A DNA stretch of 64,000 nucleotides from an uncultured delta proteobacterium. GTDB lineage: Bacteria > Desulfobacterota > Binatia > UBA9968. The stretch spans positions 64,001 through 128,000 of the forward strand of contig CAVWLW010000024.1 of assembly GCA_963755715.1 (NCBI GenBank). The letters are read 5' to 3'. Of the stretch, positions 19,270 through 37,163 are shown one piece after another (position 1 is the stretch's first letter; the number at the start of each line of letters is the position of its first letter). The notes under the pieces were generated by a model, which worked only from the letters and a program-made list of their open reading frames with translations, was not told the origin of the DNA and searched no databases. The translations under genes and the position numbers were made by a program.

Positions 19270-19496
19270 TGAATCTCGATCAAGGGCAGTTCCCGTTCGC
19301 GAAGGGCCGCGGCGGCGAAGCGTAATGCTTCCCGGATATCTTCCGCTTCGAGATCGGGATAGGCGTTGAGAATTTCTTCATTCGACATGCCGTCGGCCAA
19401 CATCCCGACCACCGTCGCGACGGGAATGCGCAAGCTTCTGATGCAGGGCACGCCATCCATCTGCTTCGGATTGATACTGATCCGTTCGAATTTCAT
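19266..19496 (-). CDS. DUF433 antitoxin (VapB45-like)
   Basis: RISINPKQMDGVPCIRSLRIPV...EILNAYPDLEAEDIREAL signature; GGAGG RBS before the ATG at 19496. Confidence 0.9.
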   Translation of the reverse strand: MKFERISINPKQMDGVPCIRSLRIPVATVVGMLADGMSNEEILNAYPDLEAEDIREALRFAAAALRERELPLIEIQ

Positions 19497-19740
19497 GCTG
19501 ACCTCCGGGCGAATCAAGATGCGCCTGGGCATGATTATCCCGAATCTTCACCGCTACTACAATAACGCGGACTCGGAGAATCGGAATATTTCAATGACGC
19601 GGATTTGGTTCTAGGCCCCAGAACAACAGGGGACACGCTTGCGCAGGGGTTCTCGTGAGGGAGTGGGATTCTTGGGTTAGAGGCAAGCGAGAATCGACTT
19701 TTCCGTCGAAAAAAATCACAGCGGACGGTTGTCTTTGCCT

Positions 19741-21356
19741 TACGCCTTGGCGCCGAAGAGTTTCATCATTTTGTCGATGTCCTCGGATTCTTCTGTCGGG
19801 TCTTGCCCATTGTTCACGTTGACGCCTTCGGTAAGCTTCTGCTCCAAGGGCAGATGAATTCTAAACGTCGTGCCCTTGCCCGGCATGCTCTCCACGGCGA
19901 TCGTGCCGCCGTGATTTTTGATGATCCGTTCGCTGATCGAGCAGGCCGAGGCCGATACCTTTGCCTTTCTTGGCGGAAAAAAAGGGTTGAAAGATCTTGG
20001 CTAGGTCTTCCTGATCGATTCCCGAGCCGCTATCGATCACCGTGATGACGAGGCTCGGCGTATTCTCCTGGGTTGCCTTGAGCGCCGCTTCGACCTCGAG
20101 ATTGCCGCCTTTCGGCATGGCATCGATAGCGTTTAAGAAAAGGTTGATCAGCACTTGCTCCAATTGCTGCGGGTCGGCGGGAATCAGCGGTAAATCATCA
20201 GCGATCATCGCGCGCGTTTCGATTTTTTGTTTATAAAGACGGTTGGCGACCATGTTCATCGTCTTGTCGATCGCCTGCTTGACATCGGTCGGACAGAGGT
20301 CGGCATTTTTAGGCCGAGAATACTGCAAGAGCTCTTGAATGATTCTCTGGCAGCGTTTGGTTTCTTCGTCGATGATTTTCAGCGCCTGGTGGTTCGGTGT
20401 GTTGGGCTCGAACTCGCTCAACAATTGCTGCGTGAAGCCCATGACGATGCCTAAGGGATTGTTGAACTCGTGCGCCATGGAGGCGGTGATGACGCCGAGC
20501 GAAACCAAACGACCGGAAGCGATGAGCTGTTGCTCCAGTTCTTGCGCCTGCCGCCGCAGCTTGGCTTCGCTCTCGCGCAGGACTTCCTCGACCCGCTTTT
20601 TTTCGGTCAAATCTCGCGTCACCACGGAAAAGCCGACCAGATTTTTGCGTTCGTCGAGCAGCGCCGAAACCACCGTGTTCGCCCAAAAGCGCGCGCCGTC
20701 TTTGCGCACACGCCATCCTTCTTGCTCGCTTCGTCCGTTGGTCGCGGCGTAGCGCAGCGCCTGCTCTGGAAAACCCTGGGCTTGGTCCTCTGTAGTGTAA
20801 AAGCGAGCGAACGGCTCGCCGATGATTTCTTCATGCTGAAAACCCTCGATCCGTTCGGCGCCGATATTCCACGAAGTCACCCGGCCTTCCGGGTCGAGCA
20901 TGAAGATCGCATAGTCCTGCATGCTTTCGACCAGAAGACGAAAGCGTTCTTCGCTTTGCTGGATCGCCTTCAGCTTCAGCCGCTCGTTGATATGAAACAA
21001 GTCGACGAAAACCGAAACCTTGGCTTTCAGAACCTCGGGGACGACCGGTTTGAAAGAGGTAATCCACGGCTCCTTTCGCCGCGCCGCGGTACACGTCGGC
21101 TTCCAGAGTATCGATGGCCGAAAGAAAAATGATCGGGACATGACGCAGACGCTCGTTTTGACGTATCAGATCGGCGGTTTCAAAGCCGTCCATGTCGGGC
21201 ATGCGCACGTCCATCAAAATCACGGAGAAATCCTGACGCAACAGCCAGCGCAGCGCTTCTTGTCCCGACGCCGCCGTGACCGTGTGGCGTCCCGGTCCGG
21301 AGAGCAAAGCCTCCATGGCGAGGAGCGTCCGCGGATCATCGTCGACGATCAGTATG

Positions 21357-21379
<23 letters not shown>
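19741..21379 (-). CDS. hybrid sensor kinase REC-PAS-HisKA-HATPase, frameshifted at about 21055 and 19940
   Basis: REC (ILIVDDD, LMDVRMP), PAS ([11 protein letters not shown]...WNIGAE...RKDG), H-box AHEFNNPL, N-box, DSGSG and GIGLGL; joined C-terminus ends ...KLFGAKA at the stop at 19741. Confidence 0.88.
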
Positions 21380-27365
<5,986 letters not shown>

Positions 27366-27744
27366 AACGTCTTCCTTATGCAGTGGTAATAAGACCGTTC
27401 GCCAATGACACTGTTTAGATCTCGTGCTATTTGTCGCTGTTTTACTAGGGATTACCTTCTTTAACCATACCCCTCCATAGGCGCGAGTCGGTCACACGCA
27501 ATTGTAATTGGGCGCATCGTACTCTGTCACGCGGTCGAAGGCATTCGGATTCGGTCTGTTTATGGAATACTCTGAGTATTGCATAAAAATAGGATCTGGC
27601 AAGCAAAAAAAATCTTTCATAAACGACCCGCCAGATGGCGCCGGAGCTTTGGGGCAACGCTAATTGCTCTGATGGGGCGCTTAAAAGTCGGAACTGTGCT
27701 GTATCGATTTTACCAACAATACCGATGCGACTGCAGGCTTGGAC

Positions 27745-28797
27745 TCACTTCGGGCGAGGTTCGCGGAGCGAAGCATCGGGCCGTTTGAGCTTACCCCGGC
27801 GAAGTAGACGCACTCCATTGACCAAACTGCGCGCGGCATTGCGCACTTCTTGGTGAAAATCTTTGTCTTGATCCAGATCGTCGTGGCTGGTCGCATACGG
27901 GCGATAGTAGCCAACGTAGCCGTCGACCAAGGCCGCGTTGCCGGCGGCAATAAGGCCCATGTCCGTCAACCAGTCCGTGAGAATTCGCCTGAGCGTTTCC
28001 GCGCCGGCGGCGTCGCCGTGCACGACGATGGAAAAGAGCCGGCCGGCGAGATGGCGCGGGTAGTGCCATCCTTTGAGCTCTACTTCTTTGGCGCGCTCGG
28101 GATTTTTGCCGCCGGTGAGCGTTGGGTCGGGGTTGCCGCCATCGGCGCAGACGAGGCGATCGATCATGAGCTTTAACGAACTCGGCGCTTGGTACCAATT
28201 CACCGGGCAGAGAATCATGATTCCATGCGCCGCCACCCAACGCGGATAAATTTCCGCCATCCAGTCGTTGACCTGTCCCATGGCATGGTTCGGATAACAG
28301 GAGCACGGCCAGTGACAGAGCGGCATCGCGGTCGAAACACAGGCCTTGCAAGGATAAATGATCCGCCCGTACTCCGAGGCGAGCCGGCTCAAATCGAGCA
28401 GGTCGACCTCGACGCCTTTGGCGCGCGCGAATATTTCTTCGGCCATTTTGGCAAGGCGAAAAGTTTTTGACACTTCTCCCGGGCAGGTTTGATCACTGCG
28501 GGTCGAGCCGTTGATGAGCAGAATGCGCGAGTTCGCTCGGGAATTTTTCTGCCGTTTTTGCGCCTGTTCGATGGCGCTGCGGGTTTCGAGCCATTCAATC
28601 GGCAAAGCGAATTCAGGGTCGCTGAAGCCGCGTCCGGCCCGGCGGGTGCGCGGACTCTTGTGGTACTCGGTATAATTTTTCCACGCGACTTCGATGATCT
28701 TTTCTATTTCCGGCGCGACCGTGGCGAAAGTCGGATCGTAAAACCGCGCGCGGGCACGCTCGAAAAATTCGCCTTTCTTCAACTGCACGCTCGGCAT
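27745..28797 (-). CDS. flavodoxin-fold NAD(P)H-dependent FMN reductase / iron-sulfur flavoprotein-like protein
   Basis: LLINGSTR, Cys cluster PCKACVSTAMPLCHWPCSCYP, PVNWYQAPSSLKLMIDRL; start codon uncertain (28797 or 28863). Confidence 0.85.
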   Translation of the reverse strand: MPSVQLKKGEFFERARARFYDPTFATVAPEIEKIIEVAWKNYTEYHKSPRTRRAGRGFSDPEFALPIEWLETRSAIEQAQKRQKNSRANSRILLINGSTRSDQTCPGEVSKTFRLAKMAEEIFARAKGVEVDLLDLSRLASEYGRIIYPCKACVSTAMPLCHWPCSCYPNHAMGQVNDWMAEIYPRWVAAHGIMILCPVNWYQAPSSLKLMIDRLVCADGGNPDPTLTGGKNPERAKEVELKGWHYPRHLAGRLFSIVVHGDAAGAETLRRILTDWLTDMGLIAAGNAALVDGYVGYYRPYATSHDDLDQDKDFHQEVRNAARSLVNGVRLLRRGKLKRPDASLREPRPK

Positions 28798-28880
28798 GCC
28801 GGTGCGAACTTTGGGTTTGGCCACAAGACCTCTCAAACAAATAGAGCGAGAAACGATCCGCAAATAGATCGTTGCTCGAG

Positions 28881-29912
28881 TTATCTAATATTAAAAATCT
28901 CGTTGTAGAGTTTGGTCGTCGCCTCGGCGTTTTCCAACGCTTCACTGTCCTGCACGTGCCTTTTGAAACCCTTAAACATGCGCGCCGGCTCGGCATCGAC
29001 GCCGGTGCGCCCCGGCACGCGATGAAAAGCGCGCACCATCTCCTGGCCTTTTCTTGACAGCGCAAAATCGATGAAGAGTCTGGCCGGCGTTCGGATGCGG
29101 CGCTTGCGCGGCGATCATGATCGCGTTGACTTGCACGAAGACCGGCTCCAACGCGACCCAATCGATCGGCGCGCCCCTTGATACAAAAGTTTGCAGCGTA
29201 TTTCCGGCGGCCAATGTTATGGGGAATTCTCCGGCGGCGAGCAACTGAATGCGGTTCGACGGGCTGCCCGCTTGTACGGCCGGTTCCTGGGCAGCGAGTT
29301 GTCTAAAATAGCCGAGCGCTTTCTCGCGTCCCCAGAGCTTGATCAGACCGGAGAGGAATAAGCGCGCCGTTATCCGCGCCGAGGGCGATCTTTCGTCCCT
29401 TCCATTTTGGATGGAGCAACTCAGCATAGCTCTTCGGTACTTCTTCTTTTTTGACCATGCGCGTGTTGTATCCGAGAAACCAAGGGACGACGTAAGCGGA
29501 GTGCCAATAGCCCTCGTTATCTTTCAAGTCGTCGTCGTAGAATTTCGCCTCGGGCGATACGTAGCGGCCGATCAAGCCTCTCTTCTTCAGCGGCAGGATG
29601 TTTTCATGGTTGGTGTTGAAGACGTCGAAAAATACTTTCTGAGCGCGCGCCTCGTTGAGTATTTTATTGACCAAGACTCCCGAGCCGGCGCGCACCACCG
29701 ACGGCTTGATGAACGGATAGTTCCTTTTGAAACTCATCCGCCATCGGTTTGGAATCTTGCAGGCCGGCGGTGGTGTACCAAATCAACTCGCCTTCTTTTT
29801 TCGCGCGCTCTAAAATTGCTCGACGATCCGTGTCCTGGGCCGACGTAGCCGTGCAGAGGGCAAATACAAAAAGTAAATAGACTGAGAGCGCAGAGAAGGC
29901 ATGTAGTCGCAT
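28881..29912 (-). CDS. ABC extracellular solute-binding protein, Fe3+/FbpA-like class; three frameshifts
   Basis: Joined frames give AKKEGELIWYTT, GYNTRMVKKEEVPKSYAELLHPKWKG, LAAGEFP, APHPNA and end ...EIFNIR at 28881. Confidence 0.82.
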
Positions 29913-30318
29913 GATGACGCGCATGGGTTTTAGTGCGCCACAGTTACAACGGATCAAATCGGCAAGTCAAACTTCAAGGCCGGAGCTTTCGCCAGCCCTC
30001 TTTTTAGGCAGGTCCTGAGCGATAAAATGAGCATCCGAGCAGAGGTTGCAAAGTTGTAACACTGATTTTAGCGAGAATATCTCGGTAAAACCCCTGGCAT
30101 CGACATTGCTGTCCCATAATTCGAATTTTGCGCGCAAGATAGCCTTGTGCTATACGGCAGAGGGCGCCGATGGGTGTGTTTTGCCCTGAATCGCTCGTTG
30201 CCGATTAGAAGAAAACAAAATTGCGGCCGGGCGCTGTGTCTCCGGCAGACCACTTACTCGCTACGTAAAAGATGAGCTTCGTATAATCGACGAACCACCC
30301 AGACCAAGGAGGCGTCAC

Positions 30319-31362
30319 GTGACAAGTAAAGCTTCATCGAGTTGTATCGTGCTGGCAATCGTTTCTTTTCTCCTCTCCATCTCCTGCTTTTCTTTTGTCT
30401 TCGCCGCCGGCGCGCCGGCCAGCGAATCCCTCGACCAGCTTTACGAAAAGGCCAAGAAAGAAGGGGGCAAGATAACCCTTTATGCGCCGCTTTCCAGTAG
30501 GGCTATGGAGGTGATCCCGCAAGCCTTTATGAAAAAATTTCCCGGGCTGACGGTGAACCACATCGATGCGACGCCGGATGAACTGCTCGCGCGCGCGAGC
30601 GCCGAGGCGCGCGGCGGCCGGATTATCGCGGACGTGCTGGGCGGATCGCTGGCTTACATCAATCAAGCCGTCGATCAAAAACTGCTCACGCCGCTGGAAC
30701 TGCCGGAAGCCGCGGCCTTCCCGGCGGCTCTGAAAAGCGGTTTCTGGGTCGCGACGGACACGCAGTTTTATATCACGGGATGGAATACCAATCTGGTCAA
30801 AAAAGCCGACGAGCCCAAGAGCTTTGAGGATCTTGCCAGTCCGAAGTGGAAAGACCTTATGATGGGCGAGGCGCGCGATTTTCAAATGCTGATCGGGTTC
30901 GCTAAGCGCAAATACAAAAACGATGAAAAGGCCATCGAGTTATTTAAACGTATCGCCGCGAATCAGGTTGAATTTCATAAGGGCCATTCCCAGCTCATCG
31001 AATTTTTGGTCGCGGGGCAACGCGCTCTATGCTTCACCTGTTACTCGCACCATTTCCCGCCGCGGGTTAAAAAAGGCGCGCCCATTCAAGCCATGTTGAC
31101 CGAAGGGGTCGGCGAAGTCGGCGGCACGGTTTCTGTTCTCAGAGGCGCGCCGCACCCCAACGCCGGTTTGCTCTGGGCGCGCTGGGCGATCAGCGAAGAA
31201 GGCCAGCGAGTCTGGGCTCAAGGGGGCGAGACACCGGCGCATCCGCACGTGGAACCTTTGGATAAGGTTCGCCCCGAGGCGATTTACATGTTGACCAGCG
31301 ACGACATTAAAGAGTTTCCGAAGTACGAAAAAATGTGGAAGGAAATTTTTCAAATAAGATAA
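30319..31362 (+). CDS. ABC extracellular solute-binding protein, Fe3+/FbpA-like class
   Basis: AKKEGGKITLY, WNTNLVK...PKSFEDL...KWK, APHPNAG; AAGGAGG RBS; divergent paralog of the preceding gene. Confidence 0.88.
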   Translation: MTSKASSSCIVLAIVSFLLSISCFSFVFAAGAPASESLDQLYEKAKKEGGKITLYAPLSSRAMEVIPQAFMKKFPGLTVNHIDATPDELLARASAEARGGRIIADVLGGSLAYINQAVDQKLLTPLELPEAAAFPAALKSGFWVATDTQFYITGWNTNLVKKADEPKSFEDLASPKWKDLMMGEARDFQMLIGFAKRKYKNDEKAIELFKRIAANQVEFHKGHSQLIEFLVAGQRALCFTCYSHHFPPRVKKGAPIQAMLTEGVGEVGGTVSVLRGAPHPNAGLLWARWAISEEGQRVWAQGGETPAHPHVEPLDKVRPEAIYMLTSDDIKEFPKYEKMWKEIFQIR

Positions 31363-31481
31363 GGACCAGAGCCTCAGTTTAGTTTCCGCAGTTTGCTGCG
31401 CAATTCTAATTCCGTCATTCCCACATGTCTTTAGCGGAGGAAACGGCCCGCGCCCGATGCGGCGCGGGCCGTGACGAGCTA

Positions 31482-33268
31482 CTAACCGTGATTTCTGCGA
31501 TCGCAGACGGCGTCGATGAGGGCGGGTTTGCCTTGCTTGACTTGTTCGATGGCGCGCTTGAGAGCGGGCTTGAGATCGTCGGCGTTTTCGAACGGCCCTT
31601 CGGAATACCAGCCCATGGATTTCGCCAAGCCGGCGAAGTCCGGATCGGGATCGTAGAGATCCATGCCGATATGCGCGCGTGCCGGGTCGGTGCCGCGGGT
31701 TTTCGCCAGGACGATCTGATGATTCCAGTCGTTGTAGTAAGCCCGGTTGTTGAACATGACGATCAACATGGGAATTTTATATTTCGCCGCGATCCAGAGC
31801 GAACCGGCGTCGAACATCAAATCGCCATCAGGTTGCAAGTCGACGACAAGCCGGCCGGTTCCTTTGTTGGCGAGAGCGACGCCTAACGATAAACCGATCT
31901 GTGTGCCGGTGCCGAGCTCGCGGCCGGCATGACAATAGGGCCGGTCAAAATTCCAAAGCTTCTTGCCCCAACTGCCTAGATCTCCGGTGGTGAGCACCCA
32001 GTCTTCGCCTTTGATCGCTTCCCACACTTCGAGCGCCAGGCGCGGCACGGTCATCGGTTTTTGATCCCAGTGCTCTTGCGCTTGCTTGCTCCATTTGGCG
32101 CGGTTTTCTCTGTGGCGTTTGCCGATCTCTTCGGTGCGTTTGGCAATCTTTTCGCGAGCCCGGAAGTTTTTGCGATGCGTTCTTTCAAGAGTTTCGTCAA
32201 TTGCGGCGCGGTGGTGACCGGATCGGCGGTCATGCGTTGCTGCGCGTAGTAGGGGCGGGCGTAGTCCATCGACCACTTGCTGATCTCGATGTCGGTGAAG
32301 CCGATATCGATCCAGGTCGCATTCGCTTGCACTTTGCTGACGACGGTCCGAGTAGAAATGTCGCGCACATGGGTCGGTTTCTCGAAGTCGGCGATGTCGA
32401 GCGTGAGCACGACGTCGACGCCTTCGTAACAGCCGTCAAAATCCGAGGTGAGGTTGAGCGGATGGTCGCTCGGAAAATTGAGCCGCGAGCCAACGTCCCA
32501 CACCGACGCGCCTAAAGTTTCGGCGAGCTCGACGACGTGGTTCCAGCCGTGCGGCGGGCGGGCAGCGAAGTCGGCGATGATCGCCACCCGATTGGCGGCG
32601 GCGAGAGTGTCGGCGGCTTTTATTAACGCTACCGGATCGGCGGCGGGTGCCGTCGGCACGGTGACCGCGTCTGGCGGCGGCATCTCGACGTCGTGATCTA
32701 ACTGCGCTTCCTGCAGGCCCGCGTCATAAACCATATAGATCGGACCTTGGCGCGCGCTCATCATCACCGAATAAGCCCGCGCGAATGCGCCGGGCACGCC
32801 GTCGACGGTTGATGGTTGATAATCCCACTTGACGAAATTGCGGATCGCTTCCCCTTGGCCGTTGGCGGTGTGAATCCAGTCAATGAACGGACGGCGCTTG
32901 GGCTCGGCCATCGGCCCGGTGGCACCGATGAGAAAGACCGGCGCGCGATCGAGATAGGCGTAGTAGACGCCCATCGGCGCATGCAGCAACCCGACAAGGT
33001 TATGCACGATGGCGATCATCGGCTTGCCTTTGGCGCGGGCGTAGCCGTGGGCGATCTGCACGGCGATCTTTTCATGCTGGCAGAGCAGCATCGGCGGATC
33101 GTTCTCGCCGTGATTGACCAGCGAGTCGTGCAAGCCGCGATAACTCGCGCCCGGATTGAGCGCAATGTATTCGAAGTCGTAACGTTTGATCATGTCGACG
33201 ATGATGTCGGACTGCCAGCGTTTGTCTGATTTTTTGATGGTCTCGGCTTTTGGTGCAGGCTTTGCCAT
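31482..33268 (-). CDS. thiamine diphosphate-dependent enzyme (acetolactate synthase / benzoylformate decarboxylase-like), frameshifted at about 32150
   Basis: NPGASYRGLHDS, CQHEKIAV (conserved Glu), HGYA, KWDYQP, and QPDGD-X-NN ThDP motif. Confidence 0.9.
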
Positions 33269-33304
33269 GTAATATTCCTCCTTTGCGATCAACTAAGTTT
33301 TTTC

Positions 33305-33382
33305 ACCACGAAGAACACGAAGGTCACGAAGGTTTTGGATAAGTTCGTTTTGTGAATTTCGTGCTCTTCGTGCCTTCGTGGT
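33305..33382. repeat. intergenic palindrome built from three CACGAA units per arm
   Basis: accacgaagaacacgaaggtcacgaa ... ttcgtgctcttcgtgccttcgtggt, imperfect inverted repeat between the two ThDP genes. Confidence 0.75.
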
Positions 33383-33394
33383 TAGATATTTTTC

Positions 33395-35167
33395 CTACGC
33401 GTTTTCGCCACGGCGCCAGACGATGGCGTCGACCAGCGCCGGTTTGCCGGCTTTGACCTGGGCGATGGCGCGCTTTACGGCCGGGCCGACTTCGGCGGGA
33501 TCTTCGATCGGTCCCTCGGCGTACCAGCCGATGCCTTTGGCGATGTGCGCGAAGTCGGGCGGCGGGCCTTCGAGGTCCATGCCGATATAGGCGCGCGCCG
33601 GATCGGTGCCACGCTGATGCGCCATATGAATTTGGTGCGCCCAGTCGTTGTAGTAGGCGCGGTTGTTGTACATCACAATCAGCATCGGGAATGCCATACT
33701 TGACCGGCATCCAAAGCGCGCCGAGATCGAACATCAGATCGCCGTCCGGCTGCAGATCGATGACGAGCTTGCCCGAGCCTTTGTGAGCTAGAGCGACGCC
33801 GATGGACATGCCGATCTGCGTGCCGGTGCCGAGCTCGCGGCCGACGTGGCGGTAGGGCTTGTCGAAATCCCATACTTTGTGGACCCATTCTTTCAGCGTG
33901 TTGGCGGTTAGCACCCAATCGTCGTCCTTGATGACTTGCCAAACCTCATGCGCCAGACGCGACTCGGTCATCGGCCGCTCGTTCCATTCCTCTTTCACTT
34001 GGTCTTGCCACTTTTGCCACTGGCGCGCGTGTCTTTCGCCGATGGCTTTTTTGCGTTCGGCGATTCTTGTCGTGAGCGATTTGTTGCCGTCGATGCGTTT
34101 ACGGCAAGCGGCGGTCAACGCCGGCAGTGACAGCGCGCTGTCGCCGAGCACGCGTAGGTCCCAGTTGTGGTGCTTGTTGTAATCGGTGGCCCATTTGCTG
34201 ATCTCGATATCGGCGAAGCCGACGTCGATCCACTTGCAGTCGGGTGCGGTGACGACACTGACTTCGCGCGTTTGCGTGTTCAGCTTGTGCGAGCCGCGCG
34301 TCCAGTCGACGACGTCTAATGCCGCCACGACGTCGACGCCTTTGAAAGCGTCGCCATGAAAACTCAGCACTCTAGCGGATGGCGATTGGGAAATCCGAGA
34401 CGTTTATTGATGTCGTAAACCGAAGCGCCGAGGGTCTCGGCCAGTTCGACCGTCGAGTTAAAGCCGATGGGCATGCGCGCCGCATATTCAGTCAGCAACA
34501 GCGGATTCTCCGCAGCCATCAGCATATCGGCGGCTTCTTCGACGACTGCCGGCTCGGGTGCAATGCGCGATGGAACTTTGACCGAATATTTCGGCAACGC
34601 CATCTCTTCCTTCATCGGACTTTCCTGCATCGCCGAGTCGTAGACCATGTAGACGGGGCCCTGCGGCTCGCTCATCATAATCGAGTAGGCGCGCGCGAAC
34701 GAATCCGGCACACCGTGAATGCTGCCGGGTTGGTAATCCCACTTGGTAAAGCCGCGCACCACGTCGCCTTGGGCGAAGGCGGTATGGATCCAATCAATGA
34801 ACGGCCGGCGGAGTTTTTCATCCATCGGTCCGGTGGCGCCGACGATAAAGACCGGCGAGCGATCGATGTAGGCATAGTAAATTCCCATCGGCGCGTGCAG
34901 CAGGCCGACGACGTTATGAACGATCGCCATCATCGGCTTGCCGCTGGCCTTGGCGTAGCCGTGGGCGATCTGCACGGCGATCTTTTCATGATTGCAGAGC
35001 AGCATCGGCGGCTGGTTCTCACCGTAATTCACTAGCGAGTCGTGCAGGCCGCGATAACTCGCGCCGGGGTTGAGCGCGATATAAGGAAACTCGTATTGCT
35101 TGATCAGATCGACGATGACGTCGGATTGCCAGCGTTGGGAAGATTTTTTTATGTTTGTGTCGCTCAT
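33395..35167 (-). CDS. second, paralogous thiamine diphosphate-dependent enzyme; two frameshifts
   Basis: Same motifs as 31482-33268 (NPGASYRGLHDS, CNHEKIAV, RELGTGTQIG, QPDGDLMF, NNRAYYNDW) across ORFs 34364-35167, 33324-34370 and 33395-33697. Confidence 0.9.
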
Positions 35168-35411
35168 ATCAATTTTTCCTTCTCAATCTCAATGACAAAG
35201 TTTGTCGATAAAAATATCGGTTGCCCAGGAGATATTCGTATCACAGAAGCCGAATTCCGCTAAGGCATGCGCTACTTGATGTGATATCCGGGTTTGGCTA
35301 AATTCGTCAAGTCCATGGTGTGTCCGCCAGATTCTCCGATTACCGAAATCACCGTCACTGACAAAATTTCCTGGTGTTCCGTCACCCATCCATGGTAAAA
35401 ACGTCTCGATC

Positions 35412-37030
35412 TTGTTCGGCCCCAATTATTTCCTAAATTCCAAGGAAACAACGACCGAAAGAGGAGGGAGTGCGTCGCGCCGCAGTTCGGGTTCGGTGTT
35501 CATCGGGGCATGCATTTTCTTGATTAGCACGCCATGGGGGCTCGCTCTCTATCTAGATTCTTTAGTCTATATTGGTGTCGCTCGCAGTATCCTTAACGGC
35601 GATGGGATTTACTTCCTGAACGATGTGGGTGCGTTCACCCCGGTGACTGTGTATCCGCCCCTCTACTCAGTGATGATTGCAGCCTTTAGCCTGTTTGGAT
35701 TGGATCCTCTCGATGGAGTGCGAGCGACCAGCACGTTGTTTTTTGCGGCCAATGCGGCTCTTGTGGCGTTCATCATCTATCGAGCTACTTCGTCGAAGGT
35801 CGCTGCTCTGCTTGCCAGTTATCTCGCACTCAGCGCATTTCCTATGGTTCACATTCATCTACAAGCGCTTTCCGAACCGATGTTTATTTTCCTCTCCTTC
35901 TCGGGGTTCTGCTTTTTGGTGGTCTATTTAAGCGGCGGCCAACCCAGGTTGCTGTATTGGGCTTCGTTGACTATCGCTCTGGGCAGTCTTACGAGATACG
36001 TTGGGATTGCCACTATTCTCACGGGTACCGCCGCGATTCTTTGGTTCGGCAAGCAATATTGGAAGAAAAAGTTGATCGATGCAGTCCTGTTTTTGGGTCT
36101 CAGTTCTTTACCTTTGTTTGCTTGGGTTTTAAGAAATTACTTCTGGCGGGAAATCCCGTCAGTCGAACATTCGGGTTCCATCCACCTGGACTGATGGACC
36201 TAGTGCCGGCGACCGATACGATTTGTCAGTGGTTATTACCGGTTGGCGGGGGCAATTCCACGCCATGGGAGAATCGAGTCATTGTGGGAGCAGTATTTCT
36301 TTCACTCGCCTGGATGTGTATCAAAATAGGTTTTCCGAGATCACGCCATGCCCAGGTCGCGGCATTGAGCGTCCTAATCTATTGTGGATTTTTGCTGATC
36401 TGCTGGTCGATCATTGACCAGGCGACCTATTTCGATACTCGGACTTTGGCCTTTCCCTACGTCGGGGTTATGATCGTGGCGGTCTCGATCGTCACCCATT
36501 GGCTTAGGGCAGTCAGACCACAGACAAAATCTTGGCGCTGGTTTGGCTTCGATTGTTTGATCATTACGATCTTAATGGCGCAATCGGTGATGGGCGTGAG
36601 CTGGTTGCACGAAAGCTATTCTAATGGTCTTGGTTTTTCTCTAGAACGGTGGCGAAGATCCGAGTTGATGCAGTTCGTAAAAACCGTGCCTTTCTCTCTC
36701 GCGATTTTTAGCAATGCTCCGGACTATATTTATACCATCACAGGTACGCGAGCGGCCATGATCCCGCGGAAGATCGACTCCAATAATCGTCTTCCTAACA
36801 AGCGTTATGCGGATGAAATCACCGACATGAAAGAGCGACTATCAAAGGGTAACGGGTTTATCCTGTATTTTGATACAGAAAGCCGTCTATGGTTTCTACC
36901 GTCCAAAGATGAACTAGAAAAGAAATTGCCACTGCAAGCGATAAAAACTGCGCTGGATGGCACAATCTACACCCTACGAAATCCCACGGCGGTTGGCGAC
37001 CAAGAAAAGACCGTTGGAGAGTTGCGCTAA
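35412..37030 (+). CDS. polytopic membrane protein, probable GT-C (ArnT/PMT-like) glycosyltransferase, frameshifted at about 36140
   Basis: DSLVY, YPPLY, LSEPMF and LTRYVG motifs with many TM helices; true start uncertain. Confidence 0.7.
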
Positions 37031-37163
37031 ATACGCAAGCGCTGTCTGCACGGCGCTAGGTTTTTTGACCGACTGATGCCAGTGGTGCAATTTCCTGGGG
37101 TGAAAAAGGCCAACTCGCTGAACACAATGAGATCCGCGCAATCCATCCGGTTGCTTGATCCTA

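Noticed and set aside
18886-19496. Toxin-antitoxin pair as a marker of a prophage or integrative element
   Set aside because: No integrase, transposase, tRNA, att-like direct repeats or phage genes nearby; a common stand-alone DUF433/DUF5615 module.
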